A stretch of 24,223 bases of DNA from a bacterium (GCA_040752695.1 JBFMGO010000092.1:1-24223), one strand, 5' to 3'. Shown: positions 6,655-14,746, numbered from the stretch's first letter. The notes: generated by a model not told the origin, from the letters alone. Numbers and translations: made by a program.

Positions 6655-8809
6655 CATCTTCTCCAATAAAAGTAGGTGCAATCGAACCTGAGGGAGATCC
6701 TGCATTTGTCCGGTATCCGATTTGACCAAAGTTCACCCATGTCCCGGGGGTTCCGGCACCGGTACATACCCACCCTCGTGGTGCCCCCGCAGAAGAGACT
6801 TTGTTCAGAACCGTGTCTCCTACGATCCAGGTTCCGGCAGTAGGTGCCTTATCTCCGATCAGGGTTTTAGGCATATCGGTGGGGTAGACGAATACTCCTT
6901 TTCTGATAAATTCAATGGCATCCTGCAATTTATCGAATGCCAGAATTTGCAGGGCCGAAAACCGTATGGTATGGGCAGCCGCGGTATTATTGAAAACATA
7001 GATTCTGACAGTAAAATCTGTGCCGGGGTCAGGGTTTTCCGGGTGCCCTAACCCGACAAAGGAATACCACTTATTGGCAGTCTGCAATTTAAGCGAGCAG
7101 GAAAGGGGCCTGTCTCCGACCAATTGGACAGTGAGATTATTGTCCGGGGTGGTTAGTGTCTTGATATCGAGGGACCACACGATATATTTCCCGTGGGGAA
7201 TGGTCGCCGCCATAGGGCTGGTCGATGTCACACCGGCAGGGAACTCCACCTCGACGCATCGAGGGAAAATAACACCATCTCTTACCGTGGTTTCGGTCGA
7301 GGGGTTGCTGAAATTGTACGTGTCTTCATCGGCAAAGCTTTCCGATAAGCACAAAGTGCCATTATATCCATTTGTTATTATAGACCTTGGGACAGTGTTC
7401 AGGCAGGTGGAATATCCACCAATGGGCCTTGTTGAATTAATTATGTTTTGTATAAAGTAGTTCTCGGAAAACTTAAGATAATCTACTCTGACATTATCCA
7501 GCAGCAGCAGGGAATCATTGTCTTTTATCACATCAAAACTGCCTATATTGGGACCGACGTTATTACCAAATACAACGCTATTCACTAACTCTATACTGTT
7601 TAACTTTGAATTTGTGATCGTGGCAACATTGGTATCCTTAAATCGCAGTTCCCTCGGTGTATAGGCGATGCTGTTAATGGTGACGCTGCCCGCCGTGGCA
7701 TTGGATTCAAAATGGTCGTTGTTAATAATCAGGCCAGGAGAGGTATAGCCATGATAATTTTCAATAAAGAAAGCAAATCCGGGGTTACTCTCATGGATAC
7801 AATTGGTAAAAACTGTCTGCCCTGTTTCATAAGGGGAACTGATGTAAATGGATGCCAATTTTGCGGCCTCGAAATGGCAGTCGTAGAACCAGTCGCACCC
7901 GCAGTGCATGGTATGGCCTGTGGGGTTATCCGCATAGTAGTGGTAATTACAGACATCGAAGGCGCAATTTCTGAAGGTATTGCCGATATTCCCCGATGGT
8001 TTGCGGATGGCGATATTCAGATTGTCGAAGAAGAGTTTGTCAAAGACGACCCGTCCTATGTACTCATCTCCTGCCACATACGATCCGGCCACCCCGAATT
8101 GGATGCCGCCATCTGCCAGGGAGATGGAATCCCCGACTATGCTTAAATTTTTAATCGTGTGGGGTTTCCATGCCTCGACACTGCCTTTTAAGGTTAAGGC
8201 ATACCCGCCAGGGGTATAGGTCCGGAGAATCGTTGAATCCGTCTCCTCCCCGACAAGGTCTTTACTGTAAAGGGTTCCTACAGTCAAAACGATATTCGCC
8301 CGGTAGTACCCTTTAGGTACAAAGAGGCAGCTTCCTTCCGTATTCATGGCATCGAGGGCATAATTGAAGGCTGCGGTGTCGTCCGTTGTCCCATCACCTT
8401 TGGCACCCCACCAGGCAGGATATACCTTTGTGACGCAAGCGCCCTGGAAGGACACCCGGCCGGTTCCGGTGTAGGAAAAGGCCTGGTTATTCGGTGGGCA
8501 ATCAAAATCCCCAAGGATCGTGAGGTTATAGTTGCCAAGCTGGATGAGACCATTTTCCCCAATCTCCAAAGCCAGATTTGCGGGAAGTGTGGCATTCGCG
8601 GTCAGTGTAACCGTGGTGTTAATATCGATCGTCCTGTGCTGGGCTCCGAGGCTGGAGATAGCCGTATTCAGACTGTTCGAGTAGGAGCCGATCGAGACCC
8701 GATCCCCGATCTGATAGACGGTTCCGGTAAATGCCATAGTGAGGATTGCAAGGGGAAGTAACAACATGATTATCGTTTTTTTACCTATGGTTATCGCTTT
8801 TTTCTTCAT
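6632..8809 (-). CDS. Tail spike/fibre with a pectate-lyase-like beta-helix (putative depolymerase); signal-peptide-like N-terminus; C-terminus probably truncated
   Basis: WWGAKGDGTTDDTAAFNYALDA beta-helix cap motif, Asn/Cys-ladder repeats, C-terminal APTAGTWIVGD...GWVCTGAGTPGTW motif; last gene of the tail operon. Confidence 0.8.
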   Translation of the reverse strand: MKKKAITIGKKTIIMLLLPLAILTMAFTGTVYQIGDRVSIGSYSNSLNTAISSLGAQHRTIDINTTVTLTANATLPANLALEIGENGLIQLGNYNLTILGDFDCPPNNQAFSYTGTGRVSFQGACVTKVYPAWWGAKGDGTTDDTAAFNYALDAMNTEGSCLFVPKGYYRANIVLTVGTLYSKDLVGEETDSTILRTYTPGGYALTLKGSVEAWKPHTIKNLSIVGDSISLADGGIQFGVAGSYVAGDEYIGRVVFDKLFFDNLNIAIRKPSGNIGNTFRNCAFDVCNYHYYADNPTGHTMHCGCDWFYDCHFEAAKLASIYISSPYETGQTVFTNCIHESNPGFAFFIENYHGYTSPGLIINNDHFESNATAGSVTINSIAYTPRELRFKDTNVATITNSKLNSIELVNSVVFGNNVGPNIGSFDVIKDNDSLLLLDNVRVDYLKFSENYFIQNIINSTRPIGGYSTCLNTVPRSIITNGYNGTLCLSESFADEDTYNFSNPSTETTVRDGVIFPRCVEVEFPAGVTSTSPMAATIPHGKYIVWSLDIKTLTTPDNNLTVQLVGDRPLSCSLKLQTANKWYSFVGLGHPENPDPGTDFTVRIYVFNNTAAAHTIRFSALQILAFDKLQDAIEFIRKGVFVYPTDMPKTLIGDKAPTAGTWIVGDTVLNKVSSAGAPRGWVCTGAGTPGTWVNFGQIGYRTNAGSPSGSIAPTFIGEDGISKCLC

Positions 8810-8848
8810 GATAGTGTGCCTGCCTTATGATTTTTCAGATTTACCAGT

Positions 8849-9127
8849 TTAGAGCGGTATGTCCAATCGACTGTGTTCACACCAGGTTCCCGAACCTACG
8901 TCCCAATAAGAAAATACCAGAGATGTTCCATCAAGGTTAATCCTCCATTTGTTTGGCCAGACAATGCAACCATCCGAAGCCAATGAAATAACCGATCGGT
9001 TCCCCATGATTTCAGCGATAGTGGTTTTTTTGGTAATCCCTGTCGATACATCGACGATAGCGGCAATGTCATTTTCACCGGGGCTCTCGCCCAAAGCCGG
9101 AAGTTCGCTTATTTTCGCCTTAGCCAT
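8849..9127 (-). CDS. Small tail-fibre adaptor-like protein (KISELP N-terminal motif)
   Basis: MAKAKISELPAL...DIAAIVDVSTGITKKTTIAEI motif common at phage fibre N-termini; GGAG RBS. Confidence 0.65.
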   Translation of the reverse strand: MAKAKISELPALGESPGENDIAAIVDVSTGITKKTTIAEIMGNRSVISLASDGCIVWPNKWRINLDGTSLVFSYWDVGSGTWCEHSRLDIPL

Positions 9128-9138
9128 GATTTACTCCC

Positions 9139-9822
9139 CTATAGAGAAGATGGGAGGAGTGGCAGCTCGATATAAGAGAGCTCTCCCCCTGCATCGACAT
9201 CGTTTAAATCTCCAAAGCCTCCGGAATTGGTACTGTTTTCGAATCCAAAAGCATCATCCGAGTCAAACACCGCGATGTACCCGACTCTGATTCCTGCACC
9301 AACAACTTCCTGAGCAAAATTAAAGATATACCTCACGTAGTTAGTCACTATTGCACTCATCGTGATGTCGTTTTCCTGTACCAGATCGGCACCGCCTTCT
9401 GTAGTAAGATCCCACGTGAGATCCACAGGAGCATTGGAATAAATGGCAATTTCGGCAGGAAAATGCTCCGTCACCCGGATAACGGTTGCATTCGTATTAA
9501 TCAGTTTCCATATCGAAATGACCCTCTCCATGTCGCTCTCGGAGACATTTTTCCCAATTTTGGCTTTCAGCCATATCCGATAAACAGGGTCATCGAGGCC
9601 CATCCTGGCCTGACCAACTATCGATCCAATCCTGTCAAGCTGCTCCCCTTCGGACCCGTCAATATCGAGCCTGGTCAAAAGGGGCCAGGATGCATCCTCG
9701 ATCCTCTGGACCTGCAAGCCAAAAAGGGCATCGAGCAAATCTTTCAGTTTCTTTTTATCCGCATACTGGTAAAGCAGCCGCTTGGCTGCATCTATACTAT
9801 GGCTAGTAATTGGGGTGATCAT
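9139..9822 (-). CDS. Baseplate wedge partner of J (DUF2612/gpI-like)
   Basis: RLLYQY, LDIDGSEGEQLDRIGSIVGQAR, LDDPVYRIWLKAKIGKN, AFGF motifs. Confidence 0.8.
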   Translation of the reverse strand: MITPITSHSIDAAKRLLYQYADKKKLKDLLDALFGLQVQRIEDASWPLLTRLDIDGSEGEQLDRIGSIVGQARMGLDDPVYRIWLKAKIGKNVSESDMERVISIWKLINTNATVIRVTEHFPAEIAIYSNAPVDLTWDLTTEGGADLVQENDITMSAIVTNYVRYIFNFAQEVVGAGIRVGYIAVFDSDDAFGFENSTNSGGFGDLNDVDAGGELSYIELPLLPSSL

Positions 9823-9831
9823 GCGATTTCC

Positions 9832-9970
9832 TTATTCGACCTGGCATTCCTGGCATCCATGTCATCCATGTCATCCATGTCATTCGTGCCATTCGAATCA
9901 TTCGAATCATTCGAATCATCCAGGTCCTCATCCGTGTCCTCATTCGTATCATCCGTGTCATTCAACCTGG
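9832..9970. repeat. Degenerate 9/12-bp tandem array (G[GA]ATGA core on the minus strand) filling the spacer
   Basis: TCATCCATG x3, TCATTCGAA x3 and variants; begins and ends with copies of the upstream gene's last codons (CAGGTTGAATGA and CAGGTCGAATAA). Confidence 0.9.
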
Positions 9971-10443
9971 TATGTACGTCTGGCTTTGCTGACAAGGTCG
10001 TTCACCGTGATAGTAAATTCAATATAGTAATACCCTTGCGCCGCAGCCGGGATTAGTGCAAACACATTTTGCCCCAGGACGTCTGGCGTGCCTTCATCGC
10101 CTTGGGGAGTCCCGTCGGTGCTGTAAATCCGGTACTTCACATCATCGAATTCTATGGGGATGCCATCTGATCTGGTGACCGAGATCCCGATTTGCTTCCT
10201 CTCTCCCGTGAGCATATTGGCAACCGGGAAAGAGGATACCCCACCCTCAAGGGAAAACAGCAGGGGTGCCTCCATCGGATGGATAAGCAGCTCCAGGGGA
10301 TTTAAGGCAATGTCGATAACAGGTGGCAGGATTATCAGTGTGCCGGCTACCGTATCGGGCCGGATAACAAAGCAAACGGTAACGTCAGAGTAATAATCAC
10401 GCCACCAGACCGCAAGGTAGCTCTCAGTGATTTTACTTTTCAT
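9958..10443 (-). CDS. Hypothetical tail-associated protein with a C-terminal Ig/BppU-like beta-sandwich
   Basis: In the tail operon; GERKQIGISVT...KYRIYSTDG...GYYYIEFTITV beta-strand pattern. Confidence 0.55.
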   Translation of the reverse strand: MKSKITESYLAVWWRDYYSDVTVCFVIRPDTVAGTLIILPPVIDIALNPLELLIHPMEAPLLFSLEGGVSSFPVANMLTGERKQIGISVTRSDGIPIEFDDVKYRIYSTDGTPQGDEGTPDVLGQNVFALIPAAAQGYYYIEFTITVNDLVSKARRTYQVE

Positions 10444-10496
10444 TGCGGTATCCCTTTTTTCATTGCGGCTACCTCATTTTCAATGCGGCTACCTCA
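10437..10496. repeat. Three 20-bp copies of the RBS-start junction
   Basis: Minus strand TGAGGTAGCCGCATTGAAAA / TGAGGTAGCCGCAATGAAAA / AAGGGATACCGCAATGAAAA. Confidence 0.9.
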
Positions 10497-11403
10497 GCAT
10501 TTCGTACCAGAGCCAGATATAAGTAAAAATCCCGATCGTATTTGCTTCCCAGACTGTCCGGACATTGTGAGAAAAGTATAAACCACCAAACATTTCCATA
10601 AGGTCCAGTGCAAGCATATAGCGACAACCTGAGTTATCACTTACAGATATCATCCGCCAGGGAATCGAAGGAGCCCTGCCTCCAAAATACCAGGCATCGT
10701 CGAACCAATCTTCAGTACCAGTGGTTTCCAATGTCGGAGTTTGCGCCCCGTCAATATAAATCTGCATATTGGATTCAAGGACAGGATTCATCGTACTGTC
10801 TACGGTCAAAGTGTTATACAGCAGCCATCCCTCAGTATTGGTCAAATTGATATGCTGATAAGGAGTTCCCAGGGACAAGGGGGTGATCCAGGGAACACAG
10901 CTTGATTTTAACCGTAATGGAAGTTCCAGATTCGGGACGTTATAAATCTGGCTCGACATGGCCGATGTATATGCCACCGGATTATAGACCGTAATCTTGA
11001 CCCCTGTTGAGTACGGAATAGGGTAGCGAAAAACCATGCCGGTCGGAGACGTAGCGGATGATTGTCCTACCCACATATGCTTACACCAGCCGCCCCTGAA
11101 TCCTTGTGTATAGTAGAATGCGACTCCAAGGGTTCCCATGTCTATGTCGATTGAGGGCGTTATCTCTCCATCAATATAGACCTTGAACCGAGCCGCCCGT
11201 GCAACATGCTCTTCGACGAATGAGAGCCAGATATTTTTTATGACTCCTGCCCCTGTGAGGTCGCACAATACTTTTTCTTCTGCTGGTGCAATCTCTGCCC
11301 CTGATAATACGCCGACTGTCTGGATAGGCTTATAGAGCAGCCCAAGGTGAAGGCCATGTAATTCATGGTTATGTATGGATGGCATGATTTTATTATAGTG
11401 CAT
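10489..11403 (-). CDS. DUF2961/GH172-like protein, catalytic motifs intact
   Basis: LTGAGVIKNIWLS, KVYIDGEITPSID, FRYPIPYSTGVKITV, LESNMQIYIDG...TTGTEDWFDDAWYF. Confidence 0.8.
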   Translation of the reverse strand: MHYNKIMPSIHNHELHGLHLGLLYKPIQTVGVLSGAEIAPAEEKVLCDLTGAGVIKNIWLSFVEEHVARAARFKVYIDGEITPSIDIDMGTLGVAFYYTQGFRGGWCKHMWVGQSSATSPTGMVFRYPIPYSTGVKITVYNPVAYTSAMSSQIYNVPNLELPLRLKSSCVPWITPLSLGTPYQHINLTNTEGWLLYNTLTVDSTMNPVLESNMQIYIDGAQTPTLETTGTEDWFDDAWYFGGRAPSIPWRMISVSDNSGCRYMLALDLMEMFGGLYFSHNVRTVWEANTIGIFTYIWLWYEMLR

Positions 11404-11411
11404 TGCGCTGC

Positions 11412-11471
11412 CTCTATATTTTCGCTGTATTTCGCTATATTTTCTCTATATCTTCATCTTCTCTATATCTT
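11412..11471. repeat. About five degenerate 10-11-bp copies of the stop region
   Basis: Minus strand AAGATATAGAG, AAGATATAGAG, AAAATATAGCG, AAATACAGCG, AAAATATAGAG. Confidence 0.8.
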
Positions 11472-12422
11472 TTGATAATAGAGCCAGATGTAGCTCATAT
11501 CAAAATCGGTGACCATAGTTGGCGCAGTAGTGTCCAGAACTGCCCGTGCACCGGATTGGAAATATATCCCTCCAAGGAACTTCATAATATCCAGGCCGAT
11601 GTTGACCCGGAAAGTAACATCAAATCCTGCGGGGGGAAATAGTCTCCAGGAATTTACGTATGTATGCATATTTGATAAGAATTGTTTGCTATAGGAAAAA
11701 TTTTTGCATTTCCCAAAAAAACCGGGGAAATCCGGAGATTCAATAGACGGGCTTGATTCTCCATCGATGTAAATTTTCATCTTCGATTCGGCGAATGAGA
11801 TCCCGGCAGCACCATCCAGGATGGTTGAAAACCATACCAGCCATCCTTCGATGCCAGTCAGGTTGAAATATTCATACTCTGTGGGGGATGAAGCAAGAAT
11901 GGTGGCCTTGTTAGACCAGGGGAGATTGATTGACTTTAACCGCAGAGGAATATCTATCCCTAACGTGCGGTAAGTCTGGCAGAAGAACGGGGCTGATGTC
12001 GCCTCCGGATTGTACATGGTGATCCGGATGTGAGTTGAATAGGGGATCGGGAACCTTGTGCTGAAGCCGCCTCCACCATCAGGCTGCTGGGTAAAATGAA
12101 AATGCGTGGCACAGTGAGACTGCTGAGATACGGCATTCATCTGTCTATACCCTATTGACCCGCAATCGAATTGAATAGATGGAATTACCTCGTTGTCCAC
12201 ATAGATTCTCAGGATACAATTGATAAACGTATCGTTAAGGCCGCCAACTGCAAACCAGAGAGTGTCTATAATACCCGGCCCGTCCTCATCGAGGACAAGC
12301 CTTGTTTCCCCGGCCTCGATATATTCCCACTCGATCCGTCCGACAATTTGCTTTATTTTTGGCCTGAGCCCGAAATTAAAACCATAAAATTCATGATTTT
12401 TCATGTAGTGATGTATACTCAT
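11463..12422 (-). CDS. DUF2961/GH172-like paralog, second catalytic motif degenerate
   Basis: EDGPGIIDTLWF, LRIYVDNEVIPSI, FPIPYSTHIRIT, AESKMKIYIDGESSPSI; SPDFPGFF in place of TGTEDxF. Confidence 0.78.
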   Translation of the reverse strand: MSIHHYMKNHEFYGFNFGLRPKIKQIVGRIEWEYIEAGETRLVLDEDGPGIIDTLWFAVGGLNDTFINCILRIYVDNEVIPSIQFDCGSIGYRQMNAVSQQSHCATHFHFTQQPDGGGGFSTRFPIPYSTHIRITMYNPEATSAPFFCQTYRTLGIDIPLRLKSINLPWSNKATILASSPTEYEYFNLTGIEGWLVWFSTILDGAAGISFAESKMKIYIDGESSPSIESPDFPGFFGKCKNFSYSKQFLSNMHTYVNSWRLFPPAGFDVTFRVNIGLDIMKFLGGIYFQSGARAVLDTTAPTMVTDFDMSYIWLYYQKI

Positions 12423-12430
12423 GAGAATAT

Positions 12431-12503
12431 CCTTACGCCGGTTGTGATACCTTACGCCGGTTGATACCCTTACGTCGGTTGATACCCTTACGTCGGTTGA
12501 TAA
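12431..12503. repeat. Four 17-20-bp copies of the gene end plus TAAGG
   Basis: Minus strand TATCAACCGACGTAAGGG x2, TATCAACCGGCGTAAGG, TATCACAACCGGCGTAAGGA. Confidence 0.92.
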
Positions 12504-13426
12504 TAGAGCCAGGTATGGCCAAAGGAAAAGTCAGTAGCCATTGCTGCCGGAGTTGTATCAAGGACAGCTCTTGCGCCTGAATCGAACCTGATTCCACCAA
12601 AAAGCTCCAACAGGTCCACTCCGACGTTAAATTTCTTTGGATAAAATAATCCGTTCGGGCAAATCGAGAGCATTTTCCAAGATGTGGACATTGGCCATTC
12701 ATTGAAGTCATTGGAATCCATAAACCAGTTCAGAAGGTTTACAGAATCAATCGAGGGAGTACCTTCTCCATTCAGGTTAATACTGAGTTTAGACTGAAGG
12801 TGCGAGTTGTCCGTCACCGGTTCCATTGCCATTGAATGCCATACGATCCAGCCTTCTCCGGAGAGGTTAAAAAATTCATAGACGGTATTTTCCGATCCCA
12901 GGATAGTGATTTTGCCATCATAGGGGACATTGACCGACTTTAACCGCAGGGGGATATCGGCATCCGGGACATAATAAGCATAAGTGCTAATAGAGCTGGT
13001 CTGCGCGACATTGCTTTTAATTTGGATAACAATGCCGGTCGAATACGGAATGGGAAATCTGAAACATACTACCTCGGCAGGATAAGAGGAATTGGTCTCG
13101 GTAAAGACATGCTCAGTCCAGCCATTGGTATAGCCACTCGAAAAATGCAGCCCCAAGGAGCCAAGGTCAAAGTTCAAAGAAGGCGTACTTTCCCCATCGA
13201 CAAAGACTTTCAGCCTGGCATTTTTCAGGAAGGTATTATTGACAGACATCCCAAACCAGAGAGTGTCTATGTACCCCTTCCCGGAGATAGAACAAATGGT
13301 CTTCTCCTCATAAGCGGCAAAGGCAAGTGTTTTATTCACTCCAGCCGTTCTGTGCCTGGCTTTCAATAATCCAAGGTTAAGGCCATGATATTGATGGGAT
13401 GTTATAAGGGCATTTTGAACCGACAT
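12488..13426 (-). CDS. DUF2961/GH172-like paralog, both catalytic positions substituted
   Basis: ISGKGYIDTLWF, LKVFVDGESTPSL, FRFPIPYSTGIVIQI; LQSKLSINLNGEGTPSIDSVNLLNWF. Confidence 0.75.
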   Translation of the reverse strand: MSVQNALITSHQYHGLNLGLLKARHRTAGVNKTLAFAAYEEKTICSISGKGYIDTLWFGMSVNNTFLKNARLKVFVDGESTPSLNFDLGSLGLHFSSGYTNGWTEHVFTETNSSYPAEVVCFRFPIPYSTGIVIQIKSNVAQTSSISTYAYYVPDADIPLRLKSVNVPYDGKITILGSENTVYEFFNLSGEGWIVWHSMAMEPVTDNSHLQSKLSINLNGEGTPSIDSVNLLNWFMDSNDFNEWPMSTSWKMLSICPNGLFYPKKFNVGVDLLELFGGIRFDSGARAVLDTTPAAMATDFSFGHTWLYYQPT

Positions 13427-13458
13427 GAAAACACCTCTTATGTAAAAACACCTCTTAT
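13427..13458. repeat. Duplicated 15-bp stop plus RBS unit
   Basis: Minus strand CATAAGAGGTGTTTT twice, 17 bp apart. Confidence 0.9.
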
Positions 13459-14246
13459 GGAATGGCCAGCGTTTTCACGGTAACAGAGCCACCTGAGACA
13501 GCGGTCAGTTCAGCACGAAAGGTCTTTAAACTCGACACATCCACCTGCCAGATTTCACCAAGATTGTTAACCACTGTGGCCAGGCTGAAGGTCTTCAGGT
13601 TTATGCCGGATATGGGGATAGAAGGCTCCCCATCGACAGCGCCAAGAAAGGCAAGGGAAAACGATGTCGCTGTGCCGGTGATTTGTAAATTCAAGGTACT
13701 CAGTGCTGTAACATCAATGTCTGTGCCTGGTCCCGGAACGGTTGCACTGTCGTGTAAAGTTTCTCCTGGCGTTTCGAACTGAAGCGAGACCCCTGAGTAT
13801 GATTTCGAGAAGTTAGCTTCTGTGGCGTCAAAAGACACACCGCTTTGATTTTCAATGATAACGCCCCACTTTCTCGGCATTACCTTGTTAAAGTAAGTCC
13901 CTACCGAAGGGACCACCGCAGTATAAACAAGACCGCCGCTGTCAGGGGTATTCAGCACGAACGGCCCTCGCCAGTTGGTGGGATTCCTCTTCACAATCGA
14001 TTGATCTAAACCGGAAGCGTTATCGAGGAAACCAGTTCCATCCTCGGATGCATAGAACCAGATATTGATAAGCTTTTGATCTACCGGAGAGCCAACGCCA
14101 AGCGGGATGCTTAAAGTCACCATCGCGTCCAGGAACCTGTTCACTGTATTATCGATGGCCAGACTCGACCTGGCAGACCCGGTCGGCAAACCGGCCAGGG
14201 AAATTGATATCAGTGTCGATGGGCCGTAAACGGTAATAAGTTTCAT
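13455..14246 (-). CDS. Two-domain beta-rich structural protein (263 aa), probably tail-associated
   Basis: Likely start ATG 14246 (ATGA overlap with the upstream stop); ISLAGLPTGSARSSLAIDNTVNRFLDA and LHDSATVPGPGTDIDV...LQITGTATS beta-sandwich-like halves. Confidence 0.65.
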   Translation of the reverse strand: MKLITVYGPSTLISISLAGLPTGSARSSLAIDNTVNRFLDAMVTLSIPLGVGSPVDQKLINIWFYASEDGTGFLDNASGLDQSIVKRNPTNWRGPFVLNTPDSGGLVYTAVVPSVGTYFNKVMPRKWGVIIENQSGVSFDATEANFSKSYSGVSLQFETPGETLHDSATVPGPGTDIDVTALSTLNLQITGTATSFSLAFLGAVDGEPSIPISGINLKTFSLATVVNNLGEIWQVDVSSLKTFRAELTAVSGGSVTVKTLAIP

Positions 14247-14677
14247 AGGGTAAAAACCCCTCCTTCTGACCAGATGATAGTCATATTGATTTCTTTCGGG
14301 GTGCATGGAAAGCCACCACTGTCGATCCACATAATCAATGGGGATGTGGCGTCATTTCCAGTGCTTTTAAAGATTATGATTCCGGCGATGGTGTCAGTCT
14401 TTAAGTTGGGATAAATGACAGAATCAGCATAGAATCTGATTTTATCAAACAAAACATCCTTGATAATGGACCTTCCGCTTATGCCTTTTCGAGCGTATCC
14501 CTGGCCTGAAATTTCATTGTGGGCAGGGTCTTCCACCATCCCCTCGTCAACGTAGGAATGATCCGCATCAGGAACATAGCCGGAGGTAACCATCATAACT
14601 TTGATATCATCATGAATAAGGTCGATAGTCCCATTCAGGATTCCCAATTTGCCAGCGTTATAGAGTAGATCCGACAT
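14243..14677 (-). CDS. Minor tail/fibre-anchor-like protein
   Basis: LYNAGKLGILNGTIDLIHDDIKVMMVTSGYVPDADH...EISGQGYARKG...SPLIMWID pattern common in phage minor tail proteins; AGGAG RBS. Confidence 0.7.
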   Translation of the reverse strand: MSDLLYNAGKLGILNGTIDLIHDDIKVMMVTSGYVPDADHSYVDEGMVEDPAHNEISGQGYARKGISGRSIIKDVLFDKIRFYADSVIYPNLKTDTIAGIIIFKSTGNDATSPLIMWIDSGGFPCTPKEINMTIIWSEGGVFTL

Positions 14678-14746
14678 ATGTACTCCTACATATATTCCTG
14701 CAAATTCCTACAAGCTCCGACATACTCCAGCACAAACTCCTACAAA
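14668..14746. repeat. About seven degenerate 10-12-bp TGTAGGAG-like units (stop plus SD)
   Basis: Minus strand TTTGTAGGAG TTTGTGCTGGAG TATGTCGGAG CTTGTAGGAA TTTGCAGGAA TATATGTAGGAG TACATATGTCGG. Confidence 0.8.

Noticed and set aside
9832..9960. TGA recoding or readthrough fusing the 161-aa and DUF2612-like genes
   Set aside because: An in-frame TAA also intervenes, and TGA is used as a normal stop in many genes here
12431..12503. CRISPR-like array
   Set aside because: Units are directly tandem with no unique spacers, and there are no cas genes
10489..13426. Diversity-generating retroelement or shufflon acting on the paralogs
   Set aside because: No reverse transcriptase or recombinase in the window, all copies co-oriented, and no near-identical TR/VR pair differing at adenines was seen
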